Source: an uncultured Bifidobacterium sp.
GTDB taxonomy: Bacteria; Verrucomicrobiota; Verrucomicrobiia; Limisphaerales; JADLHS01
Assembly (NCBI GenBank): GCA_964539515.1
Contig: CAZIJO010000001.1
Coordinates: 33,172 to 97,171, forward strand
Direction of reading: 5' to 3'
DNA length: 64,000 nucleotides
Part shown: piece by piece, positions 6,679-15,916 of the stretch
Layout of the letters: the number at the start of each line of letters is the position of its first letter
How positions within the stretch are numbered: position 1 is the first letter of the stretch
Translations under genes and position numbers: made by a program
The notes under the pieces: generated by a model
What the model saw: the letters and a program-made list of their open reading frames with translations, nothing else
Databases searched by the model: none
What the model was told of the DNA's origin: nothing

Positions 6679-8264
6679 GCGACCCGTTCACCATCAGCAT
6701 CGATCGCCGGCCGGTTCAAGTCCGACCGGGCGAAAGCGTGTTGACCGCGGCGCGCCGGCTGGCCATTGATATTCCGACCCTCTGCTATCTGGAAAAGTGC
6801 GGGCCGCTCAACACCTGCCAGGTCTGCCTGGTGAAGCTTAACGGCAAGCTGGTGCCGTCCTGCGGGACAAAGGTCGCGCCCGGAATGGTGGTGGAGAGTG
6901 AGACGGAGGAAGTGCACGAGGCGCGGCGCACGGCGTTGGAGCTTTTGTTCAGCGATCATGTGGGCGATTGCCTGTCACCCTGTCACCGGTTGTGCCCCCT
7001 GATGCTGAACATTCCGCAAATGTTGCGGCACATTGAAGCGGAACGATTGGACGACGCGATCGCCACGGTACGGCAGGCTTTGCCGCTGGCAGGCGTGCTG
7101 GGGCGGTTGTGTCACCATCCATGTGAACAGGGCTGTCGGCGGGGCAACTGGGATTCGCCCGCCGCGATCCGCGACATGGAACGCTTTGTCACCGATCAGG
7201 ATCTCAAAAATGCCGGGCCCTACGTGCCGGGGACCAAGCCCGCCTCGGGGAAGACGGTGGTCATCATTGGCGCGGGACCGGCAGGGTTGGCGGCCGCCTA
7301 TTATCTCTCGCGCGAGGGACATGGTGTCACCGTGGTGGATCGTCAGCCGCGCGCCGGAGGCACTTTGCGGGAGGTGAGTGAAAGCCAGCTGCCCGGTTCC
7401 GTTTTGGAAGCGGAACTCGCCCTGCTTGCGCGGCAGGTCGTTGATTTCAAGCTGGGAGTGGAACTTGGCCAGCACGTCACGGTGGAGGGGCTGGCGCGCG
7501 GGTTTGGGGCGGTATTAGTGGCGACGGGAGAGCTGGGGCAGGAAGATGGTACCCGGATGGGCTTGCCGATGGCGGGGAAATTTGTCAAAGCGGATCCCAA
7601 CACCTGCCAGACTTTGATCGAGAAGGTCTTCGCTGCCGGCAGTGTGGTGCGGCCGCAGAAACAACTCGTGAAAGCCATGGCCGAAGGACGGGCGGCGGCG
7701 GAGTGCGTGCACCGGTTTTTGAGCGGCCAGCCCGTGCGGCGACCGGAAAAGCCCTTCTCCAGCATCATGGGCAAGGTGGATCCGGGCGAGCTGAAGGCGT
7801 TTCTCCGCGCGACCCACGCGGGCGGGAGCGTGTCGCCCTGCGACCGTTGTGCCGGGCACACGCGGCAGGAAGCGGCCCTGGAGTCGTCGCGTTGTCTGCA
7901 CTGCGACTGCCGTTCCTCCGGCAATTGCGTGTTGCAGCACTACGCGCAGACGTATGGGGCGAACGCGAGCCGTTTCCGCACGGAGCGCCGGGAGTTTGAC
8001 CAGCAGCTGCAACCGGGCGGCATCATTTTCGAACCGGGCAAATGCATCCTGTGCGGCATCTGCGTGAAGCTCACCGAAATGGCGGCCGAGCCGCTGGGCT
8101 TGACCTTCATCGGGCGCGGCTTTGATGTGAAGCTGAGCGCGCCATTTAGTCAGGCCATCGAGGCAGGGCTGCAGCAGGTGGCGGCGGAGTGTGTGCAGCA
8201 TTGCCCGACGGGCGCGCTGGTTTTCAAGAACGGGAAACCGAATTCCGCCGCCGGGGAAAAATGA
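6675..8264 (+). CDS. Iron-sulfur flavoprotein: NuoG-type N-terminal 2Fe-2S + GltD-like 4Fe-4S/FAD domain + C-terminal 4Fe-4S region
   Basis: ATGA overlap with the NuoEF stop. CYLEKCGPLNTCQVCLV (2Fe-2S). HHPCEQGCRRG (GltD-type cluster). A single dinucleotide fold VVIIGAGPAGLAAAYYL, then VFAAGS...AMAEGRAAA. Terminal CLHCDC..C and CILCGICVKL...CP motifs. Confidence 0.8.
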   Translation: MSDPFTISIDRRPVQVRPGESVLTAARRLAIDIPTLCYLEKCGPLNTCQVCLVKLNGKLVPSCGTKVAPGMVVESETEEVHEARRTALELLFSDHVGDCLSPCHRLCPLMLNIPQMLRHIEAERLDDAIATVRQALPLAGVLGRLCHHPCEQGCRRGNWDSPAAIRDMERFVTDQDLKNAGPYVPGTKPASGKTVVIIGAGPAGLAAAYYLSREGHGVTVVDRQPRAGGTLREVSESQLPGSVLEAELALLARQVVDFKLGVELGQHVTVEGLARGFGAVLVATGELGQEDGTRMGLPMAGKFVKADPNTCQTLIEKVFAAGSVVRPQKQLVKAMAEGRAAAECVHRFLSGQPVRRPEKPFSSIMGKVDPGELKAFLRATHAGGSVSPCDRCAGHTRQEAALESSRCLHCDCRSSGNCVLQHYAQTYGANASRFRTERREFDQQLQPGGIIFEPGKCILCGICVKLTEMAAEPLGLTFIGRGFDVKLSAPFSQAIEAGLQQVAAECVQHCPTGALVFKNGKPNSAAGEK

Positions 8265-8352
8265 GGCGGCCGGCCGGCCCGTTACGGATACCGGGGGTTC
8301 AGCCGCCGGAATCTCACTTTCCTTGTGGTGGCGAATCGTGTTAATTGCGCCC

Positions 8353-9237
8353 ATGAAAATGAACTTGAAAAATGCGGCCGTCGGGCTGGTCGCCGTGCTG
8401 CTGACCGCCGGTTGCCGTACGCCCGCCGGGCGAAGCGCGGACGCCGGCCCGCAGGGCAGTTTCACCGGAACGTTGGGCCTGCAACTCTACAGTCTGCGCG
8501 ATCAATTCGCGAAAGATGTGCCGGGGACGGTCAAATTGGTGCACGAGTTCGGCTTTCGCGAGGTGGAACTGGCCGGCACTTACGGGATGGTGCCGGAAGA
8601 ATTGCGGGCTTTGCTGGCAGTCAATCACCTGAACGCAGTTGCGGGGCATTTCAGTTACGAACGTTTTCGGGATGACCCGGCGGGCGTCGCCAAGGAAGCC
8701 CAGGCCCTCGGCTTGGATTACGCCGGAGTTGCGTGGATTCCGCACGACGGCCCCCTCACGGCGGCCAAGGTGCGCGAGACCGCGCAGGTTTTCAACCGCG
8801 CCGGCGAGGTGCTGGCCCGCCACGGCATCAAGTTTTACTACCACAATCACGGTTACGAATTCGTGCCGTATGAGGATGGCACTTTGTTCGACCTGCTGGT
8901 CCGCGAAACCAAGCCGGAGTTTGTCAGTTTTCAGATGGACGTGGTTTGGGTGGTGTTCCCCGGTCAGGATCCGGTGAAGTTGCTGGAAAAACACGGCCAC
9001 CGCTGGTCTTCGATGCACGTCAAAGATTTAAGGAAAGGGGTGGCCACTGGCTCGCTGTCCGGCAGCACGGATCCGAAAAACGACGTGGCGGTGGGCAAAG
9101 GGCAGGCGGACTGGCCGGCGCTGCTCCGCGCCGCCAAACAGGCGGGCGTAAAATACTATTTTATTGAGGACGAATCGCCTTCCGTGTTGCAACAGATTCC
9201 AGAGAGCTTGATGTATCTGGAACAGGTTCAGTTTTGA
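8353..9237 (+). CDS. Sugar phosphate isomerase/epimerase (xylose-isomerase-like TIM barrel) with lipoprotein-type signal
   Basis: ATG 8353 gives [21 protein letters not shown] (lipobox). The body (LQLYSLRD..., [28 protein letters not shown]) resembles the AP-endonuclease-2/xylose-isomerase-like TIM family. The upstream part of the track ORF overlaps the previous gene. Confidence 0.75.
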   Translation: MKMNLKNAAVGLVAVLLTAGCRTPAGRSADAGPQGSFTGTLGLQLYSLRDQFAKDVPGTVKLVHEFGFREVELAGTYGMVPEELRALLAVNHLNAVAGHFSYERFRDDPAGVAKEAQALGLDYAGVAWIPHDGPLTAAKVRETAQVFNRAGEVLARHGIKFYYHNHGYEFVPYEDGTLFDLLVRETKPEFVSFQMDVVWVVFPGQDPVKLLEKHGHRWSSMHVKDLRKGVATGSLSGSTDPKNDVAVGKGQADWPALLRAAKQAGVKYYFIEDESPSVLQQIPESLMYLEQVQF

Positions 9238-9466
9238 CCGGACCGGCCGCACCTGCACTCATTTCAATTCGTCCGCCCTATTTCATGAGTTTGCCGCCGT
9301 TCGCCCCAGCGAGGTGACTGAAACACAACGCAAAAAGCCCGCGGATCAATTCGCGTGGCGGGCGGCGTGGAAAGCGCCCGGCGCAGGATTGGTCGCGGCC
9401 CGTGCAAGCCGAGGGTCTCATGGAAAAGAGCTTTCGCGCCTCCCGCAACTCGTATTGAATCCCGCA

Positions 9467-9805
9467 ATGAATCAGACGCATCCACTGACAACCACCACGT
9501 TTGAACTGCCTGGCTACCAGGCGACGAAATCGTATGGCGTCGTGCGCGGCATCGTGGTGCGATCCCGCTCCATTATTGGCAACCTCGGCGCGAGCATTCA
9601 GAGCATCTTCGGCGGAAACATCACGCTCTACACCGAATTATGCGAACGGGCGCGCGAAGATGCGTTCAATCAGATGCTCGCACATGCCGGCAAGCTGGGC
9701 GCGAATGCCGTCCTCGGCGTGCGATACGATGCGACCGAAATTGGCAACGGCATAACGGAGGTGATTTGCTACGGCACGGCGGTGTCGGTGGAGTCGCTGC
9801 GGTGA
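9467..9805 (+). CDS. YbjQ/UPF0145 family protein
   Basis: [92 protein letters not shown] is the characteristic YbjQ pattern. Start is ATG 9467. Confidence 0.8.
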   Translation: MNQTHPLTTTTFELPGYQATKSYGVVRGIVVRSRSIIGNLGASIQSIFGGNITLYTELCERAREDAFNQMLAHAGKLGANAVLGVRYDATEIGNGITEVICYGTAVSVESLR

Positions 9806-9963
9806 AGGTGCTTTCCTCCAGCGCGAAATTCCCTGCATGATTCAACTGCTTCCATTCGTGCCCGGCGGTACGGGACGCGACGCTGGCCGAACCCGGGCGG
9901 TTGGCGGCGTCGGGACGGGCAACGGCGAGGTGACGGCCAGGGTGGCCCGCGCCCGGATGTGAG

Positions 9964-12723
9964 ATGAAGACCCTGAGCAAGGAGAGTCTATTTGCACGGC
10001 TGCTGGGCCGGCTGGCGTGGGCGGTCATTCACCGGCGGCAGTGGTTTTTTTGGCCGCAGATCATCCTGTTCGGCCTCAGCGTGCTCTACACGGTCAAGTT
10101 TCTGGAGTTTCGCACCAACCGGAATGACCTCGTCGGGAGCGGCAAGAAATACCACCAGAATTTTTTGCAGTTCAAGCAGGAGTTTCCCACCCAGGACGAT
10201 CTGGTGGTGGTGGTGGAGAGCGAAAACGCCGAGAAGAACCGCCAGTTTGTCGAACGAATCGGGGCGAAACTGGAAGCGGAAACCAACCTCTTCATGCACG
10301 TCTTCTACAAGGGCGACCTGAAGATGCTCGGCTCGAAGGCGCTCCTGTTCGTGCCCGAGGCGGACCTCCTCGAGCTGCGGAAAAAGCTGAACGATTACCT
10401 GCCTTTCATCGGTCCTTTCACGCACACGACCAACCTGGTGTCGTTGTTCGACATGATCAACACCCAGTTCCGCACTGCCAAACGGGAGCGGGATGAACGG
10501 ACCGAGTCGCTCATCCGGGCCATCCCCGCCCTGGAGCGCATCGTAACGCAGGCCACCGCGAGTTTGCGGCGCGGCGGCAGTCCCCCCTCACCCGGCGTTT
10601 TTGCCTTGTTTGCCGCCGGCCCGGAAGCCGAGCGGAGCGTGTATATCACCTTTGCCCAGGGCCAGATTTATCTGGTCACCGCGCAGGCGGTGACGGAGGA
10701 AAAGAATAGTGCCGCCGTGCGGCGGCTGCGGCAGTTGGTGCAGGAAACGCAGGCCGAGGTGCCCGGCATCAACGTGGGCTTGACGGGCGAACCGGTGTTG
10801 GTCCATGACGAAATGAAGCAATCGCAAAGTGACACTTCGGTGGCCAGCGTTGTCTCGCTCATCATCTGCGCATTGATCTTCATCTACGGTTACAACGAGA
10901 CCGGCCGGCCGCTCAAAGCCACGGTTTGCCTCATCGTGGGGATCGGTTACACCATGGCCTTTACCACGGCGGTGGTGGGGCATTTGAACATCCTCACGGT
11001 CACCTTCGTTCCCATCCTGATCGGGCTGGCGATTGATTTCGGCGTGCATTTGGTGACGCGTTACGAGGAGGAATTGCATCATGGCAAGAGCGAGGCCGAG
11101 GCGATGACGAAGGCCCTGGTATTTACGGGGCAGGGAATCTTTACCGGGGCGTTTACCACCGCCGGCGCTTTTCTGGCCATGGGCTTTACGGATTTCAAGG
11201 GTATTCAGGAAATGGGGATCATTTGCGGCGGCGGCCTGCTGGTCTGTCTGGTGCCGATGCTGACCTTGCTGCCGGTGCTGCTCTTGCGGGGACGTCAGAA
11301 CGTGCTGGACCACGCCCTGGTCGGCAAAGTGGATCATCGGGCCCGGATCGAGAACCTGTGGCTGCGTCGCCCGGCCCTCGTGATCATCGTGACGTTGGTA
11401 TTATGCGCGGGGTCCGTGTGGCAGATGCGCAAGGTCATTTTCGATTACAACTTGCTCAACATGCAAAGCAAGGGTTTGCCGGCCGTGGATTTCGCCACCA
11501 AGTTGATCGACGCGACCGCGGAGGCCGGCAAGGACGACGGCACGAACGCCGCCGCCCGTTCGGTTTTGTTCGCGGCGGTCGTGACCGATTCCCTCACCCA
11601 GGCGGTGGAATTGGAAAAGCAAATCAAGCAGCTGCCGTCGGTGGCGGGGGTTGATTCCATCGCCAAGTTTCTGACCGAGAACCAGGCCGAGAAACTTCGG
11701 GTGATTGGCGAAATCAAGAAGGACCTGGCGGCGCTGCGGTTTGACGAGGCGGATCGACGTCCGGTGAATGTTCTGGAGTTAAGCCAGAGTCTTTACTCCT
11801 TGAACGGTTATATCGGGCTGGCCCGGGAGGAGGCGCAGAAAGACGATGCCGCGGTGACGGCCCGGCTGACTTCCCTTTATCGGGCGGTGGAAATTTTCCG
11901 CAAGGAAATGTTGCGGGGCGGGGCGGCGGGTCACGCGGCGGTCGCCGACCAGCTGGGAACGTATCAGCGCGCCCTCTTCGATGATTTGCGTTCCACGTTT
12001 GAAGCCCTGCAGCAGCAGGACAACCGGGAGAAGCTGCGCGTGGAGGACCTGCCGCCGGCCTTGCGGGATCGCTTTGTCGGTGTCCATGGCAAGCATTTGC
12101 TCCAGGTCTATCCCAAGGCCAACGTCTGGCAGCGGGCGCCGCAGGAAGAGTTTGTCCGCGAGTTGCGGACGATCGATCCCGATGTCACGGGCACACCGGT
12201 GCAATTGCTCGAATACACGACGCTGCTCAAGCGCAGTTACGAGGAGGCGGCACGCTATTCGCTCGCCGCGATTGCCATTCTGGTGTTCCTTCACTTCCGC
12301 TCCCTGGGTTCCGTCGTGCTGGCGTTGCTGCCCGTGGCGATTGGGTCGCTCTGGCTCGGCGGAATCATGGGCTGGTTCAGCATTCCGTTGAACCCGGCGA
12401 ATATCATGATGCTCCCGCTCATCATCGGCATCGGGGTGACGAACGGCATTCATATCCTGAATCGTTATGCCGAGGAACAGACGCCGAGCATCCTGGCCAA
12501 AAGCACCGGCAAAGCGGTGCTGGTGTCCGGCCTGACAACGATTGCGGGTTTTGGCAGCCTGGCGCTGGCCAAACATCGCGGCATTGAAAGTCTGGGATAT
12601 GTGATGGCCACCGGTGTGGCCACGTGCATGTTCGCCGGATTGACGTTCCTGCCGGCACTCCTGAACTTGATTATGAAAATTCGAAACGAGAAAAAAAACC
12701 AACCCAGTGCCAACAATGCATGA
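9964..12723 (+). CDS. MMPL/RND-superfamily exporter, HpnN-like architecture
   Basis: 919 aa with two 6-TM bundles (around aa 290-440 and 760-905) separated by large soluble loops. This is the typical MMPL/SSD organisation. The HpnN-like label is inferred from architecture only. Confidence 0.7.
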   Translation: MKTLSKESLFARLLGRLAWAVIHRRQWFFWPQIILFGLSVLYTVKFLEFRTNRNDLVGSGKKYHQNFLQFKQEFPTQDDLVVVVESENAEKNRQFVERIGAKLEAETNLFMHVFYKGDLKMLGSKALLFVPEADLLELRKKLNDYLPFIGPFTHTTNLVSLFDMINTQFRTAKRERDERTESLIRAIPALERIVTQATASLRRGGSPPSPGVFALFAAGPEAERSVYITFAQGQIYLVTAQAVTEEKNSAAVRRLRQLVQETQAEVPGINVGLTGEPVLVHDEMKQSQSDTSVASVVSLIICALIFIYGYNETGRPLKATVCLIVGIGYTMAFTTAVVGHLNILTVTFVPILIGLAIDFGVHLVTRYEEELHHGKSEAEAMTKALVFTGQGIFTGAFTTAGAFLAMGFTDFKGIQEMGIICGGGLLVCLVPMLTLLPVLLLRGRQNVLDHALVGKVDHRARIENLWLRRPALVIIVTLVLCAGSVWQMRKVIFDYNLLNMQSKGLPAVDFATKLIDATAEAGKDDGTNAAARSVLFAAVVTDSLTQAVELEKQIKQLPSVAGVDSIAKFLTENQAEKLRVIGEIKKDLAALRFDEADRRPVNVLELSQSLYSLNGYIGLAREEAQKDDAAVTARLTSLYRAVEIFRKEMLRGGAAGHAAVADQLGTYQRALFDDLRSTFEALQQQDNREKLRVEDLPPALRDRFVGVHGKHLLQVYPKANVWQRAPQEEFVRELRTIDPDVTGTPVQLLEYTTLLKRSYEEAARYSLAAIAILVFLHFRSLGSVVLALLPVAIGSLWLGGIMGWFSIPLNPANIMMLPLIIGIGVTNGIHILNRYAEEQTPSILAKSTGKAVLVSGLTTIAGFGSLALAKHRGIESLGYVMATGVATCMFAGLTFLPALLNLIMKIRNEKKNQPSANNA

Positions 12724-12802
12724 TCGGCCCTGGGTTGGGAGGAACCGAGGTAAAAACCTCACGCCGGGGAAAAATCCTCAAGCGCGAGCTCAATTTTAAA
12801 TA

Positions 12803-14431
12803 ATGCAACCGCAATGTCAATTCCCTTGCTTTAAGGGTGGTGCCGGCGGGCGGCTTCGTCCGAGCAAGCTATTGCCTGCCAATTGGAAACACCACAGCTG
12901 GTTGCTGGCTGCCTGGTTGGTGGGCGGCTGCTCCATTTTTGTTCACGGCAGCCAGGAGGCGGAGGTGGACGCCGGGTTCCTATTTTCCCGTCATCAGCTC
13001 ACCTTGGAGGCGGGCGACCGCACTGAGGCGGCGGGTCCGTTTTATTACGAGCAAGAAAGTGAAGCGGAAGAAGTTCTGGCGTTCCCGCCATTTTTTTCGC
13101 ACTCGGTCCGTCCGGACCTCGACGCCGAGGAGTACGATGTCCTGTATCCGTTGCTGAGTTTTGACCGCTTCGGCCGGGAGTATCGCTGGCACCTTTTCCA
13201 GTTGTTTAACTTTAGCGGCGGCCAGGATCAGTCCGAGGTGATGCGCCGCCAGTTCAACCTGTTCCCGGTTTACATGCAGCAACGTTCGGCCGACACAAAC
13301 CAGAACTACACGGCCATTTTTCCGATTTACGGTCACCTGAAGAAACGGATTTTTCGCAGCGAGATCGATTTCGTGCTCTGGCCGTTTTACGTGAAAACCG
13401 TCCGGCGCCCTTCCGCCAGCCCGGTGCCGCTGGGGCCGCAGGAAAATCTGCGGCGGCAATTTCTCGACGCCCGCCGGGGCGACTTCACCACCTACAACTA
13501 CGTGTACCCCTTCTATCATCTGCGTTACGGGGACGGGATGAAAGGCTGGCAGCTCTGGCCGTTCGTAGGCCACGAGCATAAGGAGATCACGACCAAGACG
13601 AATGTGTGGGGCGACCTGGAGACAACGCCGGGTTACGACAAACGCTTTGTCCTCTGGCCGTTTTATTTCAATCAGCAACGCGAAACCGGCACAACCAACG
13701 CCGAGGACCACGTGGGGGTGGTGCCGTTTTACAGTCGCCTGCGTTCCCCCATGCGCGACTCGACGAGTTACCTGACCCCGATTGGCCTGACGATCACGGA
13801 TGACCGCACGCGCAAGTACCACGAGGTGGGTGCCCCCTGGCCCTTCATCGTCTTCGCCCGGGGCGAGGGCAAAACCGCCGATCGGGTCTGGCCCTTCTTC
13901 AGTCTGGTTCACACGGACACACCGGAAAGCCGCCTGGACAGCAATTTCTATCTTTGGCCGATTTACAAATACAAGGGCATTCACTCGCCCCCGCTTGACT
14001 ATGGCCGCACGCGCATCCTGCTGTTCCTGGCATCGCACACGATCGCGAAGAGTTCCGAGACGGGCAATTTCCGGACCCGGACCGAGGTATGGCCGTTCTT
14101 CACGCACCAGCGCGATTACAACGGCAATGCGCGCCTGCAAATCCTCGCCCCGCTCGAGCCTTTGCTGCCGGCCAGCAAGAGCATCGAGCGCAATTACTCG
14201 CCGCTCTGGTCGGTGTGGCGCGCGGAAAAAAATCCCCGGACCGGCATGGCCAGCGAGTCGCTGCTCTGGAATCTGTACCGGCGCGACACCGCGCCCACGA
14301 GCAAAAAAAGCTCGCTCCTGTTCGGGCTTATCCAGTATGAATCCAGCGCCGAAACCAAACGCTGGCGGTTATTTTACCTCCCGCAGAAGAAATCACAGAG
14401 TTCTCCCGCTCATGTTTCAGAACATCGGTGA
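12803..14431 (+). CDS. Uncharacterised repeat lipoprotein ('WPFY' repeats)
   Basis: Signal-like WLLAAWLVGGC (possible lipobox). At least 13 copies of hydrophobic-(W/Y/F)-P-(F/I/L)-(Y/F): FPPFF, LYPLL, LFPVY, IFPIY, LWPFY, VYPFY, LWPFV, LWPFY, VVPFY, PWPFI, VWPFF, LWPIY, VWPFF. The 3' end overlaps mlaE by 20 nt. Confidence 0.75.
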   Translation: MQPQCQFPCFKGGAGGRLRPSKLLPANWKHHSWLLAAWLVGGCSIFVHGSQEAEVDAGFLFSRHQLTLEAGDRTEAAGPFYYEQESEAEEVLAFPPFFSHSVRPDLDAEEYDVLYPLLSFDRFGREYRWHLFQLFNFSGGQDQSEVMRRQFNLFPVYMQQRSADTNQNYTAIFPIYGHLKKRIFRSEIDFVLWPFYVKTVRRPSASPVPLGPQENLRRQFLDARRGDFTTYNYVYPFYHLRYGDGMKGWQLWPFVGHEHKEITTKTNVWGDLETTPGYDKRFVLWPFYFNQQRETGTTNAEDHVGVVPFYSRLRSPMRDSTSYLTPIGLTITDDRTRKYHEVGAPWPFIVFARGEGKTADRVWPFFSLVHTDTPESRLDSNFYLWPIYKYKGIHSPPLDYGRTRILLFLASHTIAKSSETGNFRTRTEVWPFFTHQRDYNGNARLQILAPLEPLLPASKSIERNYSPLWSVWRAEKNPRTGMASESLLWNLYRRDTAPTSKKSSLLFGLIQYESSAETKRWRLFYLPQKKSQSSPAHVSEHR

Positions 14432-15152
14432 AATGGTGCTCCTTTTTTGGAGGACGTTGTGCGCGCTGCCGCGGATCTGGTCGCAGCGCGCCAAGGTTAT
14501 GGACCAGTTCTACGAGATTGGCAATGCCAGTCTGCTCATGATCTGTGTGCTCTCGTTCTTCTTGGGCGGCGTGATTGCGCTGCAAACGGGTCCGCTCCTG
14601 GTCGAGCGGGGCTTGCACAATGCCGTGGGCGGGCTCGTCGGCATCGCCATGGCCAAGGAACTGGCGCCGATCATGATGGCCATTCTGATCTCCGGCCGCG
14701 TCGGTTCGGCGATGGCCGCCGAAATCGGCTCCATGCGCGTTTATCAGGAAATCGATGCGCTCCGGACCATGAACATTGATCCGGTCAACTACCTCGTCCT
14801 GCCCCGCCTCGCCGCGATCGCGATTGCCCTCCCCATGCTCGTCATCTTTGCCATCCTGGTCGGCTGGCTTGGCGGCGCCGTCGTCTGTACGGTCACCGGC
14901 CAGATCGATATTCCCATCCAGTCGTTCTTCACCACCATGAAGGACGTCGTGGAGGTCAAGCACGTTGCCAACGGCGTGGTCAAGAGCTTCTGCTTCGCGT
15001 GGATCGTGGGCATTGTTTCCTGTCACCAAGGCCTCATCACGCGCGGCGGTCCCCGTGGTATCGGGCGCTCCGTCACCAAAGCCGTGGTCAACTCGATCGT
15101 GTTAATCGTTATCTTCAACTTCGTCCTCACGCGCATCCTGCTCGACTGGTGA
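14412..15152 (+). CDS. mlaE: MlaE-type ABC permease (phospholipid/MCE transport)
   Basis: ATG 14412 (MFQNIGEMVLLFWRTL...). Conserved MlaE-like segments QFYEIGNASLLMICVLSFFLGGVIALQ, MAKELAPIMMAILISGRVGSAMAAEIGSMRVYQEIDALRTM, VKSFCFAWIVGIVSCHQG. Confidence 0.9.
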   Translation: MFQNIGEMVLLFWRTLCALPRIWSQRAKVMDQFYEIGNASLLMICVLSFFLGGVIALQTGPLLVERGLHNAVGGLVGIAMAKELAPIMMAILISGRVGSAMAAEIGSMRVYQEIDALRTMNIDPVNYLVLPRLAAIAIALPMLVIFAILVGWLGGAVVCTVTGQIDIPIQSFFTTMKDVVEVKHVANGVVKSFCFAWIVGIVSCHQGLITRGGPRGIGRSVTKAVVNSIVLIVIFNFVLTRILLDW

Positions 15153-15916
15153 ACGTTCCCCCCAACAATAATCACGGCGTCAGCGTTCAAATCCGCGGAT
15201 TGCGACGCAGTTTCGGCCAGCAGCCGGTGCTCAAGGGGATTGACCTCGCCGTCCGCGCCGGCGAAATCTTCGTGCTGATGGGGCCGAGCGGGAGCGGCAA
15301 GAGCGTATTGCTCCGCCATGTCATCGGCCTCGAAGTGCCCGATGCCGGCGAGATTCTCGTCGGGGGCGAGTCCATCCAGGCGGCCGGCGTCATGGACCGC
15401 TTCCGCATGGCAATGGTTTTTCAGTCCGGCGCCCTGCTCAATTCGCTCACCGTCGGCGAGAATGTGGGTCTTTATCTGAGTGAACATCAGCTCCGCCCGC
15501 CGGAGGAGATCGCCCGGGTCGTTTCCGAAAAACTGGAGGTCGTCGGCTTGAAGGGCACCGAGGAAAAATATCCCAGTGAGCTCTCCGGCGGCATGAAGAA
15601 GCGCGTCGCCATGGCCCGCGCGCTCGTCATCGAGCCGCAGTTGATTCTCTATGATGAACCGACCAGCGAATTGGACCCGATTTCCGCCGTCGTCATCGGG
15701 GAGGAAATTCTCGCGCTGAACCAGCGCATCGGCGTCACCTCGCTCGTCGTCTCGCATGACCGGGACCTCGCCTTCGGCATCGCCCATCGCATCGCCGTGA
15801 TTAACGAAGGGGAAATCCTCGCCGTCGGTTCGCCAGACGAGGTCCGGCGCAGTCATCATCCGATTATCCGTGAATTCCTCCATGCCGACTTTCGACGACC
15901 GGAACCCAACCTATGA
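15149..15916 (+). CDS. mlaF: MlaF-type ABC ATPase
   Basis: GTG 15149 overlaps the mlaE stop (GTGA). Walker A GPSGSGKS, signature LSGGMKKRVAMARAL, Walker B LILYDEPTSELD, H-loop VVSHD. Confidence 0.9.
   Translation: MNVPPNNNHGVSVQIRGLRRSFGQQPVLKGIDLAVRAGEIFVLMGPSGSGKSVLLRHVIGLEVPDAGEILVGGESIQAAGVMDRFRMAMVFQSGALLNSLTVGENVGLYLSEHQLRPPEEIARVVSEKLEVVGLKGTEEKYPSELSGGMKKRVAMARALVIEPQLILYDEPTSELDPISAVVIGEEILALNQRIGVTSLVVSHDRDLAFGIAHRIAVINEGEILAVGSPDEVRRSHHPIIREFLHADFRRPEPNL

Noticed and set aside
9238-9466. 230-bp GC-rich leader upstream of ybjQ, inspected for a riboswitch.
   Set aside because: I could not match it to any riboswitch consensus I know (for example the fluoride/crcB motif). No convincing conserved-looking structure was found by eye. 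An Infernal/Rfam scan would be needed.
13800-14411. N-terminal 204 codons of the 450-aa track ORF that contains mlaE.
   Set aside because: This part overlaps the repeat-lipoprotein gene out of frame and is Arg/Ser/Pro-rich. MlaE homology begins only at MFQNIGEM (14412).
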